Positions 48,126 to 62,830 of a DNA stretch of 64,000 nt are shown here, in pieces. Numbering within the stretch: position 1 is the first letter of the stretch; every line of letters starts with the position of its first letter. This DNA is from Octopus sinensis. Lineage: Eukaryota. A program made the position numbers and the translations under genes. The DNA lies in the NCBI RefSeq assembly GCF_006345805.1, contig NC_042998.1, positions 59,892,001 through 59,956,000 of the forward strand, in the 5' to 3' direction. Under the pieces are notes generated by a model, which saw only the letters and a list, made by a program, of their open reading frames with translations, was not told the DNA's origin and did no database searches.

Positions 48126-48325
48126 TATGACGGGCTTCTTTCAGTTTCCGTCTACCAAATCCACTCACAAAGCTTTGGTCGGCCCGAGGCTATAGTAGAA
48201 GACACTTGTCTAAGGTGCCACGCAGTGCGAATGAACCCGGAACCATGCTGTTGGTAAGCAAGCTACTTACCACACAGCCACTCCTGCGCCTATAGCAACT
48301 TACCACGCAGCCACTCCTGCGCCTT
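47850..48325 (-). mobile_element. full-length family B SINE with internal (CA)(TA)(GA) microsatellite
   Basis: Head 'aggcgcaggagtggctgtgtggtaag...ggttccgggttca', CORE-like 'gtggcacctt.g.caagtgtc', and (taaaagag)n-type tail. Confidence 0.92.
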
Positions 48326-49299
48326 ATTGATTATTTTTAAGCAACCGGTAGTATTAATTAGTAGTAAATGTTAGATTCCCAGCTAGTATCAACGTTTCAT
48401 AGATACCTATATACGGATATATGTACTGGAATCGTTAAGCGCTAATTGTTTTGGTTATATTCTCTCCCCATTGACTATGAATGCATGCAAACTGGCGACA
48501 GTTTTTTAAAATTATCAATTAGATCCTCGAGCAAGTGTATCTATATGAGAGAAGTCTAACTTAATGGTAAAAAAAAAACCATAACCGCACAGAGTATCAT
48601 TTCCAACTCTACAGTTTCTTCATTTCTTTAAAATTACTCCAAATATTATTATTGTTAATAAACCTTTCCACATAAATCTTTTGAACGTCTTGTCACCTAA
48701 TTAATTTTCACTAATTATTTGTAACGCTAGAATTAATCTCTTGTTGTCGAGGTTGTACCCATTTTGCAATATCTGTATCAAGGGAATTGCAGATTTTTCT
48801 TTTCTCTACTGCTTTTACAAATTGTCGTCACGTTAATCACATTCTCGATTGTTTGTTAAACATTTCAAAGTAATTAGCTCCCTATCTAGTGTTCTGTATT
48901 ACCCTAACAATAGTTTTCGCAGCTCTTCTCAGGGTAGATGAGGAGGGGAGAGGGACAGAGAGCGAGAAAGAGAGAGAGAGAGTTATCTTTCTTCAGCTCA
49001 TACAGTTTTACGTAGCTTTCTATTGCTCTCATGAACAGGAGTTATCCATTCCCAATAGAAATTTTCTAATTTTGATAATACATGAGCACTCGCTAATAAG
49101 AGCATTTTGGCAATCCCTTTGACAAACGAGTTATTTCGGTTGGAAAATTTATTTCCTTAAGACGGATTGTTGACAGTCAAAAATAGATTGCGATGTTTAA
49201 TTACATAATTTATTCCAAGAGTTCAAATTCTGCCAAGGTAGACTATGTCCTTCAACTTTTTCGAATCGATGAATTACGTATCATTAATAATCCTAACTA

Positions 49300-49500
49300 C
49301 TATAGGCACAACGCCTGGAATGTTGTGGGGCTAGCCGATTACATCAACTTCAGAGCTCATCTGGTTCTTATTTCATCGAGCCCGAAAGGATGAAAGGCGA
49401 AGTCGACCTCGGCTGAATTTAAAATCAGAATGTAAAGACGGACGAAATACAGCTAAGCATTTTTTTCTGACATGCTAATGACTCTCCCAGCTCACCGACT
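49300..49500 (-). mobile_element. family A SINE
   Basis: 'cgagcccgaaaggatgaaaggcgaagtcgacctcggctgaattt...gctaagcattt'. Confidence 0.85.
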
Positions 49501-49877
49501 TAAATTAACTATTAATAATAAATCAAAATGTAATTAGTCGACTTTTTCCCATCCTTCGACTTGCTAAATAGACATTATATTACTTTCTCAGTTCAAATCC
49601 CTATGGCATCGATAATAGCTTAATAGCTTGTATACCTGAAGCGTTGACAGCGAATGAGCTTGCAGTATTTTGAGGGATGAGTTTCGTCTACAAATGTATG
49701 CCATTCTTCCAATACAAGTTTGTATATATATATATATAAACGTAAGGTCCAAGAATCGATGTGTAGGAAGAAAGGTAGCTTGAAGCCCGGATCTTACCGA
49801 CTCCATTCCGTAACTCTTATATATATATATATATATATAAACATATACATATGTATATATACATACATACATATATG

Positions 49878-50907
49878 CCCGAGACTAAGTTGAGAACTTC
49901 ATAGGCTGACCAACATACGCTCTGGAATATGTCCAAATGAGGTTTATTTTTCATCGGTGTTGCAGTGCTTCGACCTCTTTAGTGAAGAAGACTTCATCTT
50001 TTTGCTAAAGAAATTCAACACTAGATATGAGGTCATCATCAATGTAGTACAAATTCGTTCCCATCCAAGGGTTTTTCTTGTTGGGGAACTGGTGACAGTC
50101 AAATGTGCTCAAATCGGAAAGGGCAGCCATTGAAACCGAGGTCTTGTGCAGTAGATTACTTACGCATTTGCTCTTGATAGCCTTTCGTAGTTGCCTCTGG
50201 AATTGATTGTGTAGTCCTTTTCAAGAAAGCCAATAAGCACAATGCTTTTTGCATCACAGAAAACTGACGATATCAACTTCCTTACAAATGAAACGACTTT
50301 AGCTTTCTTTGGAGTTTGTGACAAGGTGTGTTTCAACTGCATAGATTCTGTTCTTGTCGCTGGCTCAGAGCGATGAACCCAACACTCAATCTTGGTTACA
50401 AAGCTTTCAAGGAAACCAGCTGACTCAGTCTCAAACAATGTCAGATTTTCCTCTAATATGATCAACCACTTGCGTATATGATTAGGCATTAGAAGACGTG
50501 GTACCCACCGTGTAGTAATCTTCGTCATGCCAAGTTCATTGTGTACAATATGCTCATGGGACGCGATTAGCATTGGTTATTTGATCAATAGTCATTTGTC
50601 TGTCATCCATCAATATGTGGGAAACACGATGAATGTTCTCCTCGGTAGTAGCAGTTTCAGGACGTCCAGACCTTTAATCAGTTTCAAGTGCTCTTAGATT
50701 CTGCCGCCCGCTTTTGCACTGTTGATAGCGCTGGAGCGTCAGCCCTAATGTAGCAACCATGCTAGCATGAATTTCGTTGGGATTAATCGATTTTCGTGAA
50801 AAGTCAATACTAGTTATATTTGCAGTCTTCTTTGAACAGTCAGATGCCAGTTTAGCTAGAAAGCAAAGAATACAGTTATTAATTATGAAATTTTCAGCCC
50901 ATCCTCG
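49878..50907 (-). mobile_element. mariner (irritans-like) remnant, internally deleted
   Basis: 'ELGMTKITTRWVPRLL', 'WVH', 'PKKAKVV' and 'SVFCDAKSIVLIGFLEK'. The right TIR (reverse complement TA|CGAGGATGGGCTGAAAATTTCAT) has a decayed left match. Confidence 0.88.
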
Positions 50908-50955
50908 TATATATGGTACATATAAATATATACATACGAATATATATATATATGT

Positions 50956-51015
<60 letters not shown>

Positions 51016-51485
51016 GGGCATCACGAAGTAAACATAAAATTTTTCGATTCGATTCACAATTTCAGATATTATTTTATCACACGTATGACCATATTGCTAT
51101 AGAAGAAAGATTCGAAAATCTTTTGAATCCCATGTTTCCACTCCAATAAATCTCTTGTCTTTTAGCATGTGGAAGAAATCAATAGAGATCATTGATAGTA
51201 CAAATTTTTTGAAGCGTTTTTGCACATCTTTCTGAACCAGATGTGTAATACTGAAATCCGCTTTTCATTTATTGTTTTCTGGGAAGAACTAGGCAACGTG
51301 TGATTTATTGATTTCTAAAAACAACTGGGTAGATAGACTGAAAACGAAATATAACACCACATGCTGTTCGGTTTATCGATTTCTTAAGTGAACCAGCACA
51401 CTGAAGTAGGTAGGTGAAACTTTCTTCCAAATTTGGATTATTCGTTCTTCATGAGAAATGGGTGTATTGTTTAGCCATTTACTAA

Positions 51486-52205
51486 GGCGGCGAGCTGGCA
51501 GAAACGTTAGCACGCCGGGTGAAATGCTCAGCCGTATCTCGTCTGCCGTTACGTTCAAATTCCGCCGAGGTTGACTTTGCCTTTCATCCTTTCGGAGTTC
51601 GATGTAATCGACTTAATCCATTTGTCTGTCCTTGTTTGTCCCTTCTGTGTTTAGCCCCTTGTGGGTAGTAAAGAAATAGGTATTTTGTCTGCTGTTACGT
51701 TCTGAGTTCAAATTCCGCCGAGGTCGACTTTGCCTTTCATCCTTTCGGGGTCGATTAAATAAGTACCATTTACGCACTGGGATCGATGTAATCGACTTAA
51801 TCCGTTTGGCTGTCCTTGTTTATCCCTTCTGTGTTTAGCCCCTTGTGGGTAGTAAAGAAATAGGTATTTAGTCTGCTGTTACGTTCTGAGTTCAAATTCC
51901 GCTGAGGTCGATTTTGCCTTTCATTCTTTCGGAGTCGATAAATTAAGTACCAGTTACGCACTGGGGTCGATGTAATCGACTTAATCCGTTTGTCTGTCCT
52001 TGTTTGTCCCTTCTGTGTTTAGCTCCTTGTGGATGGTAAAGAAATAGGTATTTAGTCTGCCATTACGTTCTGAATGCAAATTCCGCTGAGGCCGACTTTG
52101 CTTTTCATCCTTTCGGAGTTGATAATCTAAAGACTAGTTGTATACCGGAGTCGAGTGGCCCCTTCACTAAGAATTTCGGGCCTTGTCCCTAGAGTAGAAA
52201 AAATA
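51486..52205 (+). repeat. head-to-tail tandem array of family A SINE (one headed unit, two 184 bp headless units, one variant unit)
   Basis: Units restart at 51681, 51865 and 52049 with 'tattt(t/a)gtctgc' directly after 'aagaaatagg'. Confidence 0.93.
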
Positions 52206-52404
52206 TTTAGTCGTTTACTAATTTTTTCTCGTTTTATTTCAGTCTTAAATTGTGCTAAGAAATTCTGTTAGACTACGTGAAGGGGTATCTATTTATCTTT
52301 TGTAAGTTTCAGTCATTAGAGTACAGCCATGAGGTTTACTGGCTTGAATCAACCCCAATTCTTCTTTTTTTTAATGTTAGTACTTCTCTCCAGTTCTATT
52401 ACCG

Positions 52405-52812
<408 letters not shown>

Positions 52813-53609
52813 ATAATCTCTATTATTTAGATTAATATTCGGTCCTGAGTTTTATAAGTAAGTTTAAATGTTTCCTCTATGTATAAAATACATTCTTTGT
52901 TTCATTTAATATATAGGATTACTATAATCGAACCAAGACTAGAATCGTTAGAGCGTTGTACAAAGTACCTTGCAGAACGTTATTCTCTATTTTGAGTTCT
53001 AGAACAATCAAAATAAACTGGTTTATCATCCGTCCCAAATCCATAAGTTATGTAACAAAAACATTTCGTATTAGGACTATTAAATTGATTTTGTTTCGAT
53101 GTTACAAATCAATATCATACTAATATAGGTATTTTCGGCTGATTATATGGTTGATCAAAACTTCATGCTCTGTAACTCTGATGACTTGCATTTTATCTTA
53201 CATTCTTGATGGTTTAATCTCAATTTTTATTATATTTACTTCATCATCTTTTCCTTTATTTTATATGTCTGATAGCGTTGACAGAAATGCTGGGAAAGAG
53301 ACAATGGTTCAAAAATGTAATTGATAGTTATCTTTTTTCTATTATATCAATTTCTTCAAATATCTCTTGAGGCAAACAGAGATAACACAGAGAAAACTTG
53401 ATTTTGAATATATATTACTTCTAAATATTCAAAGAGTATGCTTTTATTGAGTAAAGGGATTCAAGATCTTAACTTTTCTTTTAGGCTTTAGCAATGAGAA
53501 ACTATTTACTTTGAGGTAATTGTAATTGAAGTGGGAAGGATGCACAAAGCCATTCACACTAACCACAGAGCGTAAGAAATCTCTATCCTATTTATTCATT
53601 TGTTATATA

Positions 53610-53945
<336 letters not shown>

Positions 53946-55624
53946 TAAACATGCAATAACACTTCACAAAATAATGCAAAACATTTATTTGGTGCCTCTT
54001 ATTTCGCTTGGGTAATGCTCAGTTGAGTTCTATTATCCATATACCAAATTTCTCTGTTAGAAAAAGTATTGAATAAAGCAGAATATCCAGTTTCTTTGGA
54101 ATCATTTACCCTCACCACAACCCAAAGAACTAATAAAAATTCCAAATCGATAACAACGATAACATACTGAATGACAATAAATACAGGATTGAAAGTTATT
54201 TTTAATCTTGATTCACTTGAAAATTCCTGCAACGACAACAATAATAGCAGAAATAATACAGCCAGCAAAAACAGCAGAAATCACTATAAAGAAGCGAAGC
54301 GGGAAAAATATATTTGCGTGAAGAGTATCTTTAAGTATACATTTGAATATTAACTGAAGGACCGAAAGATAGAATAATTGTGGCAATACGGTAGCAGTGA
54401 GCAAGGAATAGTCTGATAACAATGCAATGGAATAAAGAAGACAAAACATCCTCAAGGAAAATACTTTTAGATATCATTAAAGAATTTGGGAAACATATAA
54501 TGTATGACTGAATGCCGCTCGTGTTTGTATTAGTTGATATTTTAATACATTCAGATCAAGTATTGATGAAAATCTCCTTTAATGGTCGTATGCTGGAAAC
54601 GTTCATGCTCATGCATCTGTATAAAAGTAAAAAGTCCTTAAAGGTTAGCATAGCATAGCTATCATAACACTGCTGAGTTAAATGTTAAACGTTAGTGTGG
54701 TTAAATAGAGAAATCGGATTGCAAATACGTAGTCCTTTAACATCCGAATGAGGCCAGGAGAATATTGATTCATTTCCAAGACACATCCATTAAAATTTTC
54801 CATCAGCTGCTGGTAGAGAACATAATGCCTAAATGATTCCTATGTCGAAACGTAGGAAGTTGAAATGTCCCTATGTCTGAAAATCAAAAACAACGCCTAC
54901 TATAAACAAAAAAGAACATTCCATTAAACTACAACAGTCGGATTCCTTCATTGCTCATGAAAACTGAGTATACTGTGTCTTTAATGTTTATCTATTTACC
55001 AATTGTTCATTATGTCAATTTTGTAGACTATGTTTGTTGTAGTGCCTGGCATAAATTCCGGTAGACTGCATGAGTAGATATATTCCTTTCTTAGCTTAAT
55101 AGTCTGGCTTGTCTGTTATAAATGTTATAAGTGTGATATGCTTTTAAAGAGCTTAAAACAGAAGAATTGTTTGAAGACAAGACACAACTCTGAGTGATAT
55201 ATGACAGCAGAGAGATTAGACAGGAAAGTAATACAAAATCTATGGGTCACTATTTTTGCCTATGAAGAACCAGATTGTAGAACAGAAGCCAAACGTCGAA
55301 CATTTAATTCAGCTCACAAGATTGACCACGGACAATAACAGTAAATACCTGTTTCACGTTTTAGAATCAAACCCCAAATGACGTAATTTCGAAACAAAAT
55401 TCTAAACTGCAGCAATTTTACATTTCTAAATGCACTTTTAAGACAGCCAAATGATGTGGACGTGATGGAAAATATGAAAGAAAAAAATCGAGGTTCACTC
55501 TTTATAACTATAAATGAAATACAGACAATCACAAAAAAAATATAAAAACAAGTCCTTCGCAACATCTGCCTTCATAATTGCTTTTGTTATTTTGAAGAAA
55601 ATATGTTCTATGAGTTCATATTAA

Positions 55625-55830
55625 TTTCTGACATAAGCACAAGGCCACAATTCTGGGGTGAGAGAGGAAACCGTTGAATATATCGACCCAGTATCTAACT
55701 GATTCATTATACTATCCAACTTGGAGGGGTGAAAGGCCGAGTTCACCTTCATGGGATATGAACTCAGAAAGCAAAGATCTAGAATAAACACCGTATGGCA
55801 TTTTTTCGTCGCGTTAATCATTCTATTAAT
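55625..55830 (-). mobile_element. old family A SINE
   Basis: 'gcacaaggccacaattctgggg...atcgacccag...gaaaggccgagttcacc...gaactcagaa'. Confidence 0.7.
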
Positions 55831-57336
55831 CCACTACACTTTTATGAATTAATATTGTACTTCAGAAGCGTTATATTTATATTCTTCATCCTATACTTGT
55901 TGGATTACACCTAAAAATGTCTAGCAGTATTTGCTTAAGATACTTTATAACCTTACTTCGATTACCACGGAAAAAATATTGTTCAAATACAGGATTCGTC
56001 GTAATCGTTTATAACTTCCCCCTCAAATTGTTGGCATTGTTCCCATGTCAGAAATCGATTCTGTTACAGATGTGTCACTTTATATGCTGAGTTTAAATTC
56101 AACCGAAGCCGATTTTACTTTACATAATTCCGAGTCTATTGAATACCTAAAAAGCTTTCTTTGTGTCTATTATTAAAACTTTTGGATGGTAATGGTGGTA
56201 AGGAGGAAATCTGTAGAGTATCTGAAAGCATATATTTACATCTCTTTCCACCCTGTTCATAAGTTCTACCAAGTTGAACTTTTTGTTTTATAATGCGAAG
56301 TCGACTAAATGAATAGTATTTCATCCCTCACACACCCCTATCCAAGTGCCTTTTGCTAGAAATACTACTTAGGAAGATTACGTTAGAAAGATTATATTGT
56401 AATCAATTTTCTCTAAGATCTATTTGGTAAGAATCTCGGTTGGAATTATATGTTGTTGGGCAATTCATGAATATTTGGTCAATTGCTTTATCGACTCTGC
56501 ATATATTTGAGATATATCATTTGTATCCATTTGCAATGGTGAGATAATTTGATATGTGGAAGACGTGGTACAAACCTGCAAATTGGAGTACTGATAGAGT
56601 TGTGATTGGAGTCTGTCTGAACTGAGTTAAGCTCCCCTGATTACTGATTATCTTACTGTTATTGCTTCGAGTGTGTAAAATTAATATCAGTCACACACTA
56701 ACTCGAATCTCTCAACAATATCCAACTCACAAAATAAGTTCTAACAATATAGCGATAATCATTATTAGAGAGCAAGATGACACGATTAACTAAAATGAGC
56801 GAAAATTTGCTTTCAGTTATTGAGTGGTGTCTATATTTCGAGTTCAAAGCATATTGATGTTATCTTTCTTTTACATCGTCCCAAGATCGTTAAACGAGCG
56901 CCATTAAATTATGGTCGATTCGTCATCTCCTTTGAAACGTGCGACCTTTATTATCATCATTATAATGAAAGATAGGGGATTAGTAGAATCAAAATATGCT
57001 GCAGAATACCCCTTATAGCCAGGGTTCAAATCTCATTGCGCTGATTCTAGTTTTCCTTTAACCTCCAAGGTTCATAAACAAAAAACATTAATAGTAGCAT
57101 TTACATTTTCGATTTGATATACCTTTCCAGAGTGAAAATTAACATACACAATTTTTGGAGTGTCGGATGATATTTGTTCCTGTTTTTCACTTTCCGAATT
57201 ACAATCCTTCAAAGGTCATCTTTTTTATTCATCCTTCTTGAATTGATAAAATAAACTAAAAGTCAAATATCGGGGGTTGACGGGGTGCCTGTTCCCTTCT
57301 CCCAAAAATTTGACCTACATTAGAAATTATAATCAA

Positions 57337-57520
57337 CGTGCTGCAGAATCGTTGCAACGTCACAACAAAATGCTTAGTGGCATTTCGTCCGTCCACCGAA
57401 GTCGACCATACCATTCATCACTTCTTGATCGCTAAGATAAACAGCAGTTGAGTGGTTGGATCGCCTTAATTGATTAGCTCCCTCCCAAAAAATTTCTGGC
57501 CTTGCAACGGTACTTGAGTG
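57337..57520 (+). mobile_element. old family A SINE
   Basis: 'gctgcagaatcgttgca...aaaatgcttagtggcatttcgtccgtc...aaatttctggcctt'. Confidence 0.65.
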
Positions 57521-58294
57521 GACTATTAGCAGTTATGCATTTCCGAAGATCAAAGAGAAATAAACTGCCAGCAATTCATTTACGAGTAAAAAAAAACAGT
57601 TAATTTTTCCAGTCCTTCTTCCAGAGCAGCTAGAACTAGTGGAAAAAAAAGATTATTCAACATGAAAATTTAGTGAATGACGTCATTATACGACTAAACT
57701 TATATCTGATGCCATTTAATACTAGAGAATATACCAAAAGAAAAGGAGATTGTAAACAAACATATTTGCTTCTTTGTATAAATAACAATAACAAATGTGA
57801 GTCAAGATGTCAAGGGGAAGAGTAAGTATGAAAATAACCTCTTTAAACTATACTTCATAAAATGTCTGTATCTTTGGCTATTGCATGGCACGGAAACAGT
57901 TCAACTTTACGGTAGCAGCACTTTGTAAGATGAGCGTCAATACTCTGTATTTGCATATTCCAAGAACAAAGAAAGACATTCTCATAAAGTTCTGACTGGA
58001 ACAAGCAAGAAGCCATTACTAGTACTATAAAAATCAATAGGTATATATAATTTTATTGATTATATCATCAATACTTGGCGCATTTCAACTCGTTGAATTC
58101 ATCCCATTTTTGTTAGCTTTATTCATTAGTTTGAAGCAGGCCGAAATATAAATTCTGAATAGGAAAACTTTGCAGTTTGTAATGTCACCTTTATAAGTTG
58201 CTGATAAATCTGAAGCCTAACATTTGCACATACATGTTCATTTCAAAGATACACGCACGCGCACGCACACACATACATACATACATACATATAC

Positions 58295-58329
<35 letters not shown>

Positions 58330-58339
<10 letters not shown>

Positions 58340-58664
58340 TATATAAAAAGCAGGATGTGTGTGTACGTGAATGCAGTTTATGCACGTCCACAAATTAGGA
58401 CGCATATCGCTCCAGTTTTAGGAGGACATTCGTCACGATCCTAGCTGTATTTTCGTCAAATTATTTTTCCCGAGGCACCCGCGGGTAGCGGTAAAAATTG
58501 ATTTTCAACCTTAACTTTACCAATTTTGACGTTTGCTTACAGGAGTTAAGTCCCTTATTGCCATAGCGAAGTGAAAAATGTGTGTGTGTGAGGGAGAGAG
58601 AGAGAAGTTGTGTTGATGCATGTGTGTGTATGTGAGGGAAATAGGAGTTGTGTGATGACGTATG

Positions 58665-58695
<31 letters not shown>

Positions 58696-59030
58696 ATGTG
58701 TGTATATAAAAAGCAGGATGTGTGTGTACGTGAATGCAGTTTATGCACGTCCACAAATTAGGACGCATATCGCTCCAGTTTTAGGAGGACATTCGTCACG
58801 ATCCTAGCTGTATTTTCGTCAAATTATTTTTCCCGAGGCACCCGCGGGTAGCGGTAAAAATTGATTTTCAACCTTAACTTTTACCAATTTTGACGTTTGC
58901 TTACAGGAGTTAAGTCCCTTATTGCCATAGCGAAGTGAAAAATGTGTGTGTGTGAGGGAGAGAGAGAGAAGTTGTGTTGATGCATGTGTGTGTATGTGAG
59001 GGAAATAGGAGTTGTGTGATGACGTATGTG
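58330..59030. repeat. near-identical ~360 bp tandem duplication bounded by (TG)n
   Basis: 'tatataaaaagcaggatg...gatgacgtatgt' occurs twice (from ~58339 and ~58702), differing by a small indel near 'ccttaactt'. Confidence 0.95.
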
Positions 59031-59034
59031 TGTA

Positions 59035-59066
<32 letters not shown>

Positions 59067-59899
59067 GGAAAGAAAGAACGCGACAGCGTTCACCAAAAAT
59101 AACAATGTAAAAATGTTCTTTTCTTAAACACGAGATATAGCGTTCAAATTTAGATGTTTTTGAAAGACACTATATTTTATAATCAGATTATATATACTTT
59201 CTCACACAAAAATTGAAATATATTTATTTTAAATCATTTATTTCTTTTAAATCGTTCATCTTTCCCCCCCTCTCCCTTACACATACATTACTTTGGGTGC
59301 GAAAGAGTTTTGTTTTTATTTTGCGCCGAGTAAAATGTGTTTTGTTGAGAATCCATTTATTTAACTACATAGAAACAAAGAGGTAGGTAGCAATTTGTCA
59401 GTGAATTACACAATATAAATGGGTAAAATTTCCGAAGCTCCACCACACCCCACCCCGTTTCTCGGACCACAAAATGGGGTTTGTAGCATATTAGGAGGCC
59501 AAGGTAGTTGATTCCTCGCAAAAAATACGATTTTTTGTTTCTTAGTGAAAATCGTGCGAGTATTGTCTAAGAATTAGCCTGGACGTTTTCATGGTAAGTT
59601 TGAGATTAAAAACAAATGTTATTCATATTCTTAATCTCCGTATGTTTCCACGTACATTGAAAAATAGACGGTGAAAAGATCAATGGGTATGGGGAGTGAA
59701 ATTTCCGTGGCTTCCACCACACTCCACCTCGTTTTTCGGACCACAAAAAGGGTTTTGTATCATATTAGGATAGTTGATTCCCCGCAAAAAATCAAAATCC
59801 GATTTAATCTAAAACCTCTTCCATTCATTTCTGTTTATGAAATTCTCTGTACGTAAGTTTGCTTTCTCGGTGGTTAAGTCAAAGGGTGACTGGCAAAGC

Positions 59900-60362
59900 A
59901 ACAGTGCCCTAATTCTGACATTGGATGCAATGACCTGATCTACAATAATGTGCTGATTGAAATCGAGGATGCCCTGCTCAAAATGGTTGGGGAAGCGTTG
60001 AACAAATTCGGTTTGCCATCCTCATTGCGACAGGACGTTAACACACTCCTACCAAAGTTATTTTTGGAGTTGTCATATGACGCTGATGGCCCTGCGGTGT
60101 ATCTGAGACGAAATGAACCGAAATTGCTCCCTGACCAGAGGCTGGTGTACGAAACTGTCGGCAGTGCCGTTGAAAAACAGGCGGGCGGCATTTTTTTATT
60201 CGACGCTGCTGCAGGTGCCGATTCTGTTAGAGGTAACAATTAATACTTGCTAAGTTTCGTCGCAAGAAACAAATTGCGCTAACCGTTGCTTCCTCGGGAA
60301 TCGCTGCTACGTTATTGCCGGGAGGTAGGACGGCGCACTCAGCATTCAAGCTGCCTTTACAT
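59900..60362 (+). pseudogene. Helitron PIF1-like helicase fragment
   Basis: 'LIEIED', 'FGLPS', 'LLPDQRLVYETV', 'GGIFLFDA' and 'IALTVASSGIAATLLPGGRTAHSAFKLPL'. The Walker A region is disrupted. Confidence 0.9.
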
Positions 60363-60599
60363 TTGGTGAGGGCCCAGTTTCCTACTTGCAACTACATATA
60401 CTTCTATTATAGACACAAGGCCTGAAAATTTGCGGGAGAGGTTAGTCGATTAAAACGACCCCTGTGCCTAACTGGTACTTATTTCCTCGAACTCAAAGTG
60501 CGGTAAAGCAAAGTCGATCTCAGCAGAGCGCTTAAACTCAGATTCAAAAGAGCAGAAACAAAGCTCATAAGTAGAAATCTCCTGCACATAAAAAAATCT

Positions 60600-62830
60600 G
60601 AAGCTTCTGGATCACTAGCTTCTCATAATCACATCGTCAGTTAATGGAAGGGTTCTCTAAAATCCTCAGAATCCCCGAAAAGACTCCAATCTGGCTAACA
60701 TTAGGGTTAACATACCTACTTCCTAAAACGAGCGACACAAAAAAGAATTACTCAGCCCGATCGCTTGTTTGATCACCGTGTAAAACCTACTTACATCCAT
60801 CCTCTCTGAAAGGATGTATCATTTTCTCGATACAAACATCTTTCCCTTTGAACAAAAAGAATGCCAAGGAAACTTATACGGTTGCAAAGACCAGCTATTA
60901 GTAAACTGTATGATACTCGAAAATTGCTTATCCGAAAAACGAAATCTTAGGACATGGATTGACTATCGTAAGACATTTGATAGTGTTCCAGCTGGATTTT
61001 AAAGGCACTAGATATATACAACACCTCACCTTTCCTAAAAGAGTTTCTCTAGTGGAACACAAAATTATGTCTTAACCACGAAAAAGGCTCGTGTGTGTCA
61101 GAGAACATCAAAATAGCTCGTTAAATATTCCAGAGCAATTAACTCTCCCCTCTCCTCTCCTGTCTTTCTTCATTCCCTTGTCCCATGAGCTGAATAGAAC
61201 AAAGCATGGTTACAAAATGTTTGAAAATATCATCTCACACTTGCTCTGCATGGATAATCTAAAGTTATATGCAAAATAAACCAAGGATGTGAAAAGGCTA
61301 CTAATAGCTGAGAGAAATGTCAGTGATGACATCAGTATGGAATTTGGTCTTGATATGTGTGTAAAAAGCTTTGTTCAAACGCGGTAAACTGACATTTAAA
61401 TCCACGATCCAACTTGGTCGTGATACATCTATTAAGGACCTAGACCAAGAGGGCTTCTATAAGTATCTTGGAGTACACGAAGAAAAGGGGATTCAACACA
61501 AATCAATGAAAGAGCGGATCAGGAAAGAGTTTTATAGACATATCAGAACGATCCTGAATACTGAACTGAGCCCTCAGAAAAGAATTGCAGCTTTAAACTC
61601 CCTGGCGGCACCATTTGTCCAGTAAAGCTTTAATGTCATCAATTTGAATTTGAGTGATCTTCAGCGTATGGAGATAAAGACCAGGAAACTGCTGACACTA
61701 AACAGGATGCACTAAAAAATCAGACGTCCACAGGCTCTATTTCCCACAGAGAGAAGGCGGCAGAAGCATAATCCAGCTTGAAACTTCCTATAAAATGACC
61801 GCAATAGGACTTCAAGTATACATCCAAAGTAGCAATGACTGGATGAAGCAGATGATAAGGTAACACGAACAGAGTAGGAAACTACTCAATCTCAAAGGTC
61901 GCGTATAAATACAGACGAGAGTTTAACCATGATGATGACAAGGAGAAAACATCACCCACTAGGCAGGAAAGCTTGAAGGAAATATCAAAGAAAACCCCAT
62001 TGCATAAGCAATACCCTCAAATGAGCTAGGGAAGCTGATGTAAATATAAGAACCGATCAGTAGCTGCTGAGAGTTGATTTGAAAGCCAGAACAGAAGGAT
62101 TCATCCTAGCAGCACAAGACCAGAATATCCTCACCCGGAACTATCAAGTTAATGTCACACAAAATGAGGTAGATACAAAATGTAGACTTTGCAATAACAA
62201 ACTTGAGAGTATTGACCACATTGTTGCGGGTTGCTAAGTCCTTGCTTCTACAGAATATAAAACCAGGTATAATCGAGTTGGCACAGGTGAATATGCCGTC
62301 ACTATGATATCCCGCACTCTAATACCTACCAAAGCCAGTCACTGAGAGAGATAATGCTACCATCCTATGGGATTATGGAATACATACAGATGGGCAAATA
62401 AATGTTAACAACCAGACACCGTTATCAAAGACTTAAAACAAATAAATAAAAAAACATACCTGTTAATTGACATAACAGTACCTACTGATAGAAACATCTC
62501 AGCAAGGGAATTTGAAAAACTCTCGAAATATAAGGACCTTGAGACAGAGATATTTTGGACGTGATAATTAAAAGCTAAAACCACCCCTGTCATTGGTGGT
62601 GCCCTGGGAATGATCAAGAAAAGTACTGAGAAATTTGGGGACCAGATCCCTAGGAAACCAACGATCTGTGAAACTCAGAAGATTTTGTTGAAATCTGCTG
62701 CCCACATTCTCAAGACGTTTCTCTCCATCTAACATATACGTGCCTTAGTTATCTAGTTAAGACTCGCCAGAAGATGAAATAAAATGCAATTCAATCGGTA
62801 AATGGTAAAAATAATAACATTAATAATGGA
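60600..62830 (+). mobile_element. degraded 5'-truncated R4/Dong-like LINE (RT to RLE)
   Basis: 'FPFEQKEC..NLYGCKDQLLVN.MILENC', 'WIDYRKTFDSVP', 'MDNLKLYAK', 'YKYLGV', 'EGFILAAQDQ', 'CRLCN', 'PDTVIKD' and 'KYKDLE'. It ends at 'aaataataac'. Confidence 0.92.

Noticed and set aside
53999-54455. Two hydrophobic minus-strand ORFs resembling membrane protein exons
   Set aside because: They are the reverse complement of A-rich sequence, with no family motif or coherent splice pattern.
57855-58037. 60-aa Cys-containing ORF resembling a secreted peptide
   Set aside because: It has a non-ATG start, a length expected by chance and no recognised family.
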